Shown: piece by piece, positions 1 to 11,065 of the stretch
How positions within the stretch are numbered: position 1 is the first letter of the stretch
How the letters are laid out: each line of letters starts with the position of its first letter
Origin: Phoronis australis
Taxonomy: Eukaryota > Animalia > Phoronida
Reading direction: 5' to 3'
DNA length: 64,000 bases
Assembly (NCBI GenBank): GCA_002633005.1
Contig: NMRA01000041.1
Coordinates: 230,954 to 294,953, forward strand
Program-made: the position numbers and the translations under genes
The notes under the pieces: model-generated
Told to the model about the DNA's origin: nothing
Seen by the model: only the letters and a program-made list of their open reading frames with translations
The model's database searches: none

Positions 1-91
1 CACATACCATAAATATTTAGTAGACGATTCAGTCAAGATAATTTGAACAAATCGATGAAAATCTGTCGCGGTTTGCTCGAGTTTCTCTTAC

Positions 92-100
92 CGGAGCCAT
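92..100 (-). CDS. Probable first coding exon (Met-Ala-Pro) of an unidentified gene transcribed leftwards out of the window
   Basis: Minus strand reads cttcctcaaa ATG GCT CCG|gtaagag: A-rich Kozak context directly followed by a consensus donor, next to a CpG-containing promoter-like stretch. Confidence 0.5.
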
Positions 101-423
101 TTTGAGGAAGTTACATGAAATCAGGCATGTTGACGAATAAAAAGTCCAAGGAACACAAATCTTACAAATTTCACCTGATACCTTCCCATGCTATTTTGGC
201 AAAGGTGATGTGTGCCAGCGTTACACGCTTCGCTCAGTCTCGCGCTAGCGTTAACCTAACTCACGGGACTCAGTTGAAATACTTTGTGGTTATTGCGCGC
301 CAGGTGAAAAAGTTAACGGTAACCAAAAAAGTGGAGTTGGACTTCTTCACCAAAGTCACCTTAATTCTCGTAACTTAGCTTCATCGAAGATATGTGTAGA
401 AGTAGAAAGGACCACTGAAGAAA
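101..423. promoter_or_regulatory. Putative bidirectional promoter and first non-coding exon of CCM2
   Basis: CpG-enriched stretch between a minus-strand start exon (92-100) and a plus-strand donor aa|gtaagc at 423/424. Confidence 0.4.
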
Positions 424-1308
424 GTAAGCGCTTTTTTATGTGATAGTTTTATAGGTGTGGAATGTATTTTTGACATCCTAAAAACTCATAATTCGTGGCC
501 GGATTTGGCCTACTGCCCGTTTAAAATACACGGGACGAAATTAGTGGAGAAAGCGATGGGAAGTGTTGTAGCCCCTATCTGGCCAACCGAGGGGCTACGT
601 GTTGCTGAGTGCAAACTATGAAGCTGTGAGAAAAGTGGTTCCTGGCAGTTCAGAACGAAAAGTATGCTGTTAATACCAAGTATGAGGCCGTGAAATATTT
701 CCTTGTCTGTAGCCATGAAATCATTCTATTTCATAATGAATTATTTGTGGAAGGGGAATCTAGTTTCATAGCCCCCGATGAGTAAAAAGATTTGCAATTT
801 CTCGCTGAATTTGCCAAAACGTTAATGTGCACATTTCTTTGGTTCTGGTCTTTAGACAATATTGGTACTGCCACTAGAGGGCTCACTATGTACCCCTATA
901 GGTGGCGTTGGCTGTTCTCAGTATGGCAGCCTCCAGCTTACAGTCTCTGTGAACACTTCTACAGGTACATTAGCTTTAGATTCATATATACTGTTAGTTA
1001 AAGCACACGGTTCAGTTTGTTATTACTTTATTATTCGTGTTTTCAACTTTCACAGCCAACTAACACGGCTGGTTTATGTTCGTAATGTTTCCAGTCCTGC
1101 GTGACCGTCCTGATTGGGTTTCGAGCCTTGAGGTTGTAACGAACGTTTTGTACTAGTCTTATAGAACTGAAAAAAAGTGCAGGTCTAAAATTACTACATA
1201 CGGGTGTACTCTCCTGTTTGTATTTCGCAGAGGAATAATTCTAATTTATCAACGAACAGATACCAGACTTCCCACGACCGACCTCTGGAAGTTGGCCTTT
1301 GTACGGCT

Positions 1309-4300
1309 ATGGTACATTCATAATTTCTATAAATCCACAACAGCGAAATAAAACAACTCATTTGTTTAAAAACTCAGTGTAGTTGTGAGGGTTTTACATC
1401 GAATTTTGATGATTTATTGGTGTAAAACGATGATTTTTAGGGATAAGCTGACACCAGTAAGTGTGTTGTGAACTGCGGATCCGACTATTTTAGAACCTAA
1501 AACGTCATTGGTTAATTTCAGTGCCCCTATCTGCCATCTGGTGTCAGGTAAATCAAATTTCCTTGACACATTTAGAAAACTGCAAAAGGTCTTACCGATT
1601 ACATTTTGCCCCTTCCCCTAACAATTTCAACAAATCAAATCATCTGCCATCTTCTACTTTTAGCTGTTTACCAAATGACGTCATAGGTCAGGACATTCAA
1701 GTAAATTTTATTTCTTCTTGTCCGACTGATTGACTTGTGCGACTGGACAAGTTAGACAAAAAGTTAATGTTCAGCCCTGTTTGGTTTGTTACCAAATTAC
1801 TTTTGGCACGTATTGTATATTCTGATTGTTTTTTATAACTCAAAACAATTGTCTGCATTTTGCTTCCAACTCTGGTGGACAAAAAGCCAAAAGCATCGCA
1901 TTATACAAAATGGGTCAAGATTTCAATGCAAAGGCAATATTTGCATCCTTAAAAAGTCACAAATGAATTTGTGTATCCTGTTGACTGGCCTATTGTAAAA
2001 TTAAGTAGTATTAAACTTCAATACAGAAATGAATTACAGTGCCCAGATAATCTAAACATAGCCTTGTTTTTAGGAGAGTTTATGGTTGTTCACTGATGTA
2101 ATGAACCATGATGGATGATGGTGTGCATCGCTCTTGTATTGAAATCTACATGTACTGTATGGGGTATGTGAAATATTGAAATCTACCTGTACTGTGTGGG
2201 GTATGTGAAATATTGAAATCTACCTGTACTGTATGGGGTATGTGAAATATGGAAATCTACCTGTACTGTGTGGGGTATGTGAAATATTGAAATCTACCTG
2301 TACTGTGTGGGGTATGTGAAATATTGAAATCTTCCTGTACTGTGTGGGGTATGTGAAATATTGATGATGTCACTGACTATTATCTTATTTAGGCTCCCAG
2401 AAAACGAGCCAGTAATAAAGAAGACCCGACATCTTATGAGCGATACCCTGCACGGCGCAAGCTGAAAACTTATCAACTTTCACCACCAGATTACACCGTT
2501 GATGCCAAAATACTCATAGATGACTGCATTGAAAAAGAAGTAAAGGTATGACTACTAGTATCCTTGTATAAAGGGAATGTTTTTAACCCAGAGGAGGTGA
2601 GATATGAAATTTACCTGAGCCATATATTGTGGCATCTGCGATGCATTGAATTACAGTCGGGCAAAAATCGATGTTTGTCTTAAAAGGTTGAAATTGGCCA
2701 AACCTGACCTCAGGATTTTTTGTTGTATTGAATGTATACAAGTTGAACAAAAAATACTGATTTTCCATCTGGCTGAGATATACAGTCACCTTGTTGTTTT
2801 AACATTTTGATGGGTCATGTTGCCACAACAAATTAATTCCCTTCTTCTTTCTTTGAATAACATTAGTATTCTCTAAAAGGTGCTCTGTAGCAAACTAATC
2901 CCACTGAACTTATGTGGCCACATTTAACCATTGGCAACTATACGAGGAAGTAGATATCACTCTCATGAACATATTTCCTTCATTTATCAACTCGTCTCAG
3001 TGACTATGTTCGTGTTCCATGTTGGGTGGTCTGCGAGTCGTGTTTACAAGTCCGGGCACATTTTTTTGCATACGTAAGCTACGTTTGGTAAGTCTAACAT
3101 ATTGTATAGCACTGATTGAGCCAACTGTGTTTGTAAGTGTGTGAACTGTGTTTGTGAGTCGATGTATTGAGCTTACCCGGTCTGTTGAACTATATGAGTA
3201 TGGCAGCTATGATGTATGAGTAGCCTATACAATGTACATTTCATGTATTAATTTCATTTGCCATTGTTTCAGTATGCGGGCACTATTTCCAATGTCCCCA
3301 TAGCTCTAGACAGTACCAATAGAACAGAAGTCTTACGAGTGGTTGACGAGGGGCGGGTAGGTTGTGTTTTTGTGTAGGGCACTGGTTAGTTGAAAGAATG
3401 TGACACCGAGAATTGAGAAATTTTCACTTTGTTAAATGTCCGTTGTTCAGCTGCAGAAACCAATATCTGTGACTTCAGTTGTCTGATTTTACTATGCATC
3501 TTCATTTTAAAGTTCACAAAATTGTGTATTTATTTTATTGAATTTCCTGAAAATATTTGAAAAGTGTGCAAACCCCAAAATAGTCCTCAGGAAGAAAGAT
3601 TCACTCACAAATCTCTTCCACAATTCTCTATTGAAATAAAAGTCTTGTTGTAGTTTATCATTGTGGTGAATGCTCTTTGAATTAATTTCATTGAAGTTCG
3701 TGACGGCGTTGATATAGATATGCCTGGACATATGTTTGGTGCTGGCAGTCGAATGCTAGGAAGTATGTTATTTTTTGTATTTGGCTTGTGGCGTCTGTTG
3801 CGGCAATCTTTCTCTGTTATCTAGCGAAACAAAGTGATTCCCGGGACTCTCACTGCTGACCATGATGCTATCCTTAGTCTCAGTGTCAACAACATCAAAA
3901 TAAGCCGGCGAGATGGAGTGGAGGTATTGTCTACTGTCTCACTTTGTTCTATCTGTTTTGGTTAATGTTCCAGCCATGGATTTTCAACAGTGTCACAAAC
4001 GCCAGTATTTCTGTTGCACTCTACTCAACATCCCCCTGATTTTTGGAGTTTCTCGTAATTTAAATGCCACTGGCAGATTTGGTGGTTGTTAAAATTATTT
4101 TACAAATAATAATAAGTTCATTGATTTGTCTGTTTCGGTTACATTTTTCTCAAAATGGGATTTGTACTAAGCAATGCATTTGTAGTGGTGTGCGTGTGTG
4201 CATGTGCAAAATGAATAAGGTGAAACCTCTAAGGATGAACAACTTGTGGATGTGTCAGTGATGTTTGATGTCTGCTCTTTGTTGTACAGGAGATGCTGGC

Positions 4301-7300
4301 CAGGATACCTATATATGAAGTAGCGACCATTTGCTATATACGGGATGACGCGCAGCATTGCTTGGCTATCAAATATGGTGAGCTGGTTTCCGTACATTAA
4401 CCTTTGCTATCCTTTAATGTGGACACAGGAGCATGTGCGCAGAAATTATCCTCTGAATTATGCCGTGTTTGAATAATGTGATGTTGTGAAGACAAAGTTT
4501 TAGAAAATTTGCCGCCAAAACAGTACAAAGCAAAATCAGTGTTTATTATGTGCACTACCCTTCGGTTTTTAAATCAACGACTGGCTATCTTACTACTCAG
4601 GTGGCAACATGAACCAATCAGTTGCCGAATTGTTGCACAAATTGAAGAGTTTCTCTGTAAAACGAGATATCTGGCAAATTTGTTATCTGAATGTGACTGT
4701 CTTGCATAGCATTTTGGAAAGAAACAGCTTGTCACTGAAGGTTATTATCGGGTTTTGCAAAAAAGGGTTGAGCTATCGAGTGGTCCTGCTGATTGACAAT
4801 GACGTGGTAAGTGTTTCTAAAATTTCAAGTTTGGCAGATATCTCATATTGCGTTGAAAATTTTCACTAACTCATGACAAACGTTACTTGTGATTGGCTGG
4901 CACCTATATTCTCCCCTCAGCTTTATATTGATATGTCCCAAATTCAGTAATCACTATTTTGTTCAATTTTGTCTTACATCACTTACAAGTGCACTGTGGG
5001 TGTGTAGGTTTTTACAATTTTCACAGTTTTGATCAATGTACTATAATCACTATTGGAAATTCCCTTATATAATACAATGTGTGTAAATATTATAATATAA
5101 TGTGTGTAAATATCATAATACAATGTGTTAATATCATAATACAATGTGTGTAAATATCATAATACAATGTGTGTAAATATCATAATACAATGTGTTTAAA
5201 TATCATAATACAATGTGTTTAAATATCATAATACAATGTGTGTAAATATCATAATACAATGTGTGTAAATATCATAATACAATGTGTGTAAATATCATAA
5301 TACAATGTGTGTAAATATCATAATACAATGTGTTTAAATATCATAATACAATGTGTGTAAATATCATAATACAATGTGTTTAAATATCATAATACAATGT
5401 GTGTAAATATCATAATACAATGATAGTGTGTGTTTTGTGGAGAAGGCTTAATACTAACATTTAAAATTCATCTTCATTCACTAGTTTTCATGGAATTGAT
5501 TTTGGATGCCTTAATTAGCACCTTGTTTTTGCAGGAAAGCCAGACGAAGTCAAAGAGTTTTGCCACTTGGCAGTTTTGTTCTGTCCCAGTCGGGTAAGTA
5601 TTCCAAGATATTTGTCTGTGCTATTTGAGTAAAATGACTTTGCAGTTTTTCGTACTGACTGGTTTGATAAGAGTTGAGTCATTACCAGAAATAATAAATT
5701 TTAAATTAAATTTGAAGTGTTATTGAGGAGCGGTGATTTCCCGCATCTAGACTTTGAGTGAGATTTAGGGATACACCACGTTGCTCTTTCTTGGTGGAGG
5801 GGAGCTTTCAGGAATCCTCAGTACATATATGAGTGCATTTTGGTGTCATTTTAGCCTATGTGATCATCTGGTTTTAGTCTGATTAGTTTATTTGTATCCA
5901 GATTGGTAAATTCATTAATCTAATTCCTCAAAGCCTGACCACTGAAGGTTTCTCATGACTAAAAATGTAGAGACATGTGAATTGTTCCATGAAGATTGGG
6001 CTTGGGTCCAAATTGCCCATCTACATTTCATCTCTTGGCAAATTCTTAATCAAAAGTCATTTTAGACAGTACCAAATAAAATTTCAAGGGTGCTTGTATG
6101 AAGACATGCTTATAACTTTTGACCGTGCGCCATTCATGAAAACTAACAGGTGACTGTGGGGAAACAGCTCATTGGCTAAACTCAAAAATACTGTTGCCGG
6201 ACCTCTCTGTGATCTAATTATTGTAAACACAGTGGATGGTATGATCACCAAAACGCACAGGTGGCCAAGCCTGCGATGATCACATTCTCTGAACACCCAG
6301 TACAAGCTCTGCAGACATTTTGTCTGTATATGAGATGTTGAACCCAGAGCCAGTAGGTTGACTCACTACGGTTTAGTCCACATCTATGAATCATGCACAG
6401 CACCTTTTTTGTCACCCTATGGATGAAGAAATTTCCAACTGCAGGCATGGCATACTGTGTTCTAAGAGTAAAATTATTGTTGCTTTACATTTTGCCCACC
6501 CTGTATTTCAGTCTGCCTCAGAAGAACTGTGTTCACTTGTTGGACAGTGTTTCCAACATGTGTACACTGAAGCAGCACTTGGTGAACTGGAAAATGCTGT
6601 CAATCCACCCAGTGAGTAACTGTCTAAATACTACATGTAGCATAGCAGCAAGGTATTGTGCGTCATTTTATTACCACTGTCCTACAGTAGTTTTAACCAC
6701 AGGCAAAAGTCAAAGTTATAGTTTGGGTAAGGCAGAAGTCGAAAACATCTTGAAGTTTTGTTTACGTAGAATACAAGCTCATTGTGAGCAGTTTTTTCAT
6801 GTTGACCAATTGACTAGAATTTGTATTTAGGCTGATTATGGTAGAAATGTGAGTTATCACCTACTGAGTTTTTGACCAGGGATAATCAAAGTCATGCTTG
6901 GTAACAGTTTTCAACACGTTAGGAAGACAAGTTTCCCAAATTCGTGAAACTGTCATAATTATTTCAGTTGAGAGTACTACAGCAATCTATTGTAAATAGT
7001 GATGATTGTCGTTGAGTTGTCACAAAATCACTCTTCCAACTTTAAAATAATACAAGTTAGTATCCTACGGTGATTCTTCACTACCTGCAAAATGGCAGAC
7101 AAAGTCAAGTAAAATTTGATTTTGTCAGGTCTTTACTAAAAACAAGTGAAATGAAAAATTTTGTTTAATGTTAGCTTGGTCTGTACGGTGTACATGTCAC
7201 AAAACAGTATTTGTCAGGGGTTGGAATTTTTCTCTTTTAGGAGGATTACGGTTTCGATTTCCTATTATTTGATTTCCAGTTTCTTCTTTTCGTCTCTTTT

Positions 7301-10300
7301 TTTTCTCATTTTTGACATAATTCAATGGCATTTAAAAACATTTTATTTCAGTTTAATTTTACATCACAAAAATATTTTCATGACACAATCCTATTTATGT
7401 GTTAGAACAATACATCAACTGGGAATTTTCCCCCTTTTTTCATTGGTCATTCCAAGCCCTGATTTTTTGAAGCTCCCATCATCTGCTGCTGGTTAATCAG
7501 CCTTTGCAAAATGACAGTTTTGTTAAGCGAAGAATTTCCATGTTGCAAACAAGTTTGAGAGCTTTATTGATAGTTTTCCGTTTGCACACCTACCTCAGAC
7601 CAAAGTCCAATAAAAGATCTAATGTACCCAGAGTCGTTAATGTAGTTAAAGACTGGCGTATACATGCGAGATTTGACATCAGACTTCAGGTGGTTCATCC
7701 GATAACACCCAGGTACAGTGATGTAAGATCAATGTGCCTACCTGAAACCTCTTGCCTTCACTGCCTGTCAACTTTTCACGTGCAATGTTAGTTGAAACAA
7801 ACTAGTATTTAATCTTAATAATTGCTACACAAACTATTTCATTATTTTGCAGGTCTTCCCGATATGTAAGTATAGTTCCCCAGAGCTCTTTAATGTTTAT
7901 ATACGTACTTTAACTCTCCCATGAGATATAGAAATGATCAGTATAGTAAATCTTAAGCTGCTTTCTTGCACCCCTCTCACAGATTCAAAAAGCAACAAAA
8001 GTCTGCTTTTTACGATATAGTCAAGTTTAACAAAAGTATTTTTCTTTATAGCCCAAGTCTCAAAATAATGTTTTTAAGTCTGGTCTGCACGCCACTTGTT
8101 GGCCATGCCGCGTGAACTAATGAACAGATTTTTGTTCTGACCAGGTCTCAAGCCCAGAACCTTCTGCTTACCTAATTTTGCAGACACCATGCTCGAGTTC
8201 CAGTCGAGGCGGAACATTTTTCAGACTTAGGTTCATTAGGTCACACGATATGGCCAACAGGTGGCGTGCAGACCAGATTTGAAAATGTTAGTGATCTATA
8301 CATCCATGCCATTTCAAGATTATTTAAATAGCCTGAGTGAGATTTAATATGTTTGTTAAATTATAACTCAAGATGTCCTGGTTCATGTTAAATCAGGATG
8401 CTTTGTACTTGTTTTTTCCTCAGGTTTGAATTAATTTGCAGAGTGCTGTAAGGCTAGCATTCTGGTTTATTGTCTCGTTTTACACTTTTCGGATATTTCT
8501 GTTTCAGAAGTCGGTTTTTCTCTTGTAGTTTCGCTTTAGAAGATTTGTTGGTGGATTGTCTTTGTTTATTTTTACTCGTAGCTTACACTGAACATAATGA
8601 GTTTCACTGTTATTACTGTAACTCAAACCACACCTTCATGGCATTGTCAATCAATCTAGATTCAGCCAATCATTGAACGACACAGGCGGGGCATCAACCA
8701 CCTCTACAACATCGTTCCACCCAGGAGGTAGTGAGAGTGGCTGGGATGACCTGCAGGAGTACATGACAAAGGTGGGTGGGACTTGGAAAACCACCTGGCG
8801 TATCTGGCTTTCTTTAATCTCTATGTTTCAAAATATTTTGAATGTAACACAGCGGGAGGACTTAATTACCTAGGGTCACACTGTTTTTTACTTTTTGGGG
8901 AAAAATGAAAAAAACGTCATAAGCTGAAATCAAATCAAAACTGAAAGTTTGTGACTGAACCGTTTCAGCCCTTTGTTTGTGTGCCCAAGCCCCAATTCAA
9001 TGAGTCTCATTTGCAGCTACAAAAAGAAATGAAAGATGACGAGTTGGACCGGTTCAACCACCTCTTGACTACTCACATGGAGGCAGAGGCCAACAAACCT
9101 TTTCATGAGTTCTGTGATGCCGTCTTGAAGTTGTATGGGCCGCAGAGGAAGCACTTGTTGGCTGGTAAGTATCCACAGTTGTCTGGGGGGAGGGGGTTAG
9201 CATGTTTTCTTTCATGTGCTGCTTAACAGATTTAGGCCAGTTTTAAATAGCATAGATACCCTAGACTATCTCATTCCCAGTAATACATTTTGATCCTATA
9301 TGGACCCCTGAGAAGTGTTATGGTCGTATCGATGCAATGTTTTAATAAAACATTGGAGTGAGAAATGTTACATTAAAAGGCTTAGCATAGTTGTGTAGCA
9401 ATTTGCATGTTGATTGGTCTCTATGACTACCGACACAAAACATTGCTACAGTTGCTGCAAACCTGGTTTTCATCAAGGAACCAACTTGTTATTTAGTCCG
9501 CTTTCCATTGCAAAATTGTTTTTGAACTGGTCCTTTCTCAGACTGAGCTGAGAAACTCGATAGTGCCCATTGCCTGGCTCACTAAATTGACATGTCACGT
9601 CATGTCATTACTTGTCGAGCATGGTCACAAACAATAACGAAGTACCAGTTTATCCCAACCCAGAAGTCACAACTCTCAATAAGGAACGAGTTGAAACCAG
9701 TTTAGAATTGGAGGTGGTCTAATGAAAATGTTCCGTTCTTTGATTGAAGATAAGTTTATAACAACTCGGGATAAAGCGAAATATTGAACAACTTTGTGTG
9801 GAATGTCATTTAGCATTCATGGCACCCGAACGTAAATTTTGCTATTTGCAATCTGACCAATCAAGACGCTTTTGAAACCATAAACCCTTACCACAAACAG
9901 AGCAGATGATGTCAAGATGGTAAGAACGTCAAGCTAATCTAATAATAAATGATGGAAAAATCAGAGGAAGAAAGCATCAATGGTCATGCAATAAATGGAA
10001 TTATAGTTCTTTGGGTATATCAAACCACATGGACCTTGGGAGAGCAATGATGCCATTGAAGTAAAGTAACATTGACGCTCTTGTCCTCCATTTTATCTAG
10101 GTCTGAGAAAGTTCATCCAGAAGGAGAAGTTCCAAGATTTTGATTTGTTCCTCAGACAAAATGGCATATTAGAGCCAACCAATGGCACGTCTTCTCTGTC
10201 AAGCGACGGATCAAGACGATATCAAATTTACAGGTACGCTGAGATATTGCAGACTATTCAGTAGTCCTCCACTCAGACACTAGAAAATATTAACAGTGAG

Positions 10301-11065
10301 CAGTAGTTGAATGTTTTGCTTATGAGTGAAAGAGAGTTGATTGCCATTGCAGGAGAGGCATTCTGACCTGTACCAAGAGCTGTGACCATGCTAATCCTAT
10401 CAATAAGTAACAATTTTACATAATTATTAACTGTCATAGTGTACATGAAGTGTACCACTGGTGTGTTTATTGCCAGGTCGTAGTGCTCACATAATCAGTG
10501 GTTTGGTTATCAGGCTCTTGAAACGGATAATAAACAATTTCATACTAGGTGAAAAGACTAAAAATATCAAAAAAAAAAACCCTGCTGCTGATGGACTGGC
10601 ATGCCTATAGCCCACCCCGCAATGTGACTAAGGTGCAAACTAGTTGCAATTCATGTATTTTATACGTGTGAAGTGTTAGTGTTACATTGAAAGCGCATTC
10701 TGCTGTTGTTATAATTGATGAGTCAAAATTGACTCGTGTATTGTTTTAGAAAATTAATGTGTTTCTCTGTGTTACTAGAGCATTCCACATGTAATCCAAC
10801 TTCTGGATACAGACTCAGCTTCAAATATTTTTGCACAGGATTGAATTATGCACTGATACGCAAGTACTGTGTAAACATTGTCCAATTGGTTTTCAGACGA
10901 ACGGAGAGTGATGCATCACAGTCGTCGTTTGGCAACAACACCATATACAGCGATCGCGACAGTTTTGGACATGAGGCCATCGATCACATCATAAATGACT
11001 TTACGCAGAAATACAACAGCATTTCTATAGACACTAATCCCAAGACATACATACCAAAAACATGA
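1309..11065 (+). CDS. CCM2: Cerebral cavernous malformations 2 protein (malcavernin) homolog, PTB + harmonin-homology domains, ~386 aa
   Basis: GT-AG exons in consistent phase: 1309-1311 (ATG, tentative), 2393-2545, 3273-3356, 3825-3923, 4290-4377, 5535-5593, 6512-6611, 7853-7865, 8660-8771, 9017-9164, 10101-10233, 10897-11065 (TGA); total 1161 nt. Peptides IEKEVKYAG, DHDAILSLS, RIPIYEVATICYIRDDAQH, SEELCSLVGQCFQHVYTE and HEFCDAVLKLYGPQRKHLLAGLRKFI match recalled human CCM2 (IEKEVKYLG, EHDAVLSLS, AEELCCLLGQVFQVVYTE, LYGDSRKFLLLGLRPFI). Confidence 0.95.
2137..2364 (+). repeat. 37-bp minisatellite, ~6 copies, in CCM2 intron
   Basis: Unit tattgaaatctacctgtactgtgtggggtatgtgaaa repeated head-to-tail with few substitutions. 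Confidence 0.95.
5069..5422 (+). repeat. 23-bp minisatellite, ~15 copies
   Basis: Unit aatacaatgtgtgtaaatatcat in tandem with no unique spacers. Confidence 0.95.
7853..7865 (+). CDS. CCM2: 13-nt CCM2 microexon
   Basis: attttgcag|GTCTTCCCGATAT|gtaagt; bridges the phase-1 end of exon 6512-6611 to the phase-2 start of exon 8660-8771. Confidence 0.75.
8079..8277. mobile_element. Two oppositely oriented fragments of a tRNA-derived SINE-like repeat forming a 47-bp inverted repeat
   Basis: 8079-8125 is the near reverse complement of 8231-8277; the same sequence occurs at ~41386-41485 and ~22706-22830. Confidence 0.7.

Noticed and set aside
2558-2567. U12-type donor-like gtatccttg near the CCM2 exon end
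   Set aside because: Its use would add an in-frame TGA; the U2 donor at 2546 fits the protein alignment.
5069-5422. 23-bp (and 37-bp) arrays as CRISPR-like repeats
   Set aside because: No unique spacers, eukaryotic intron context, no cas genes.
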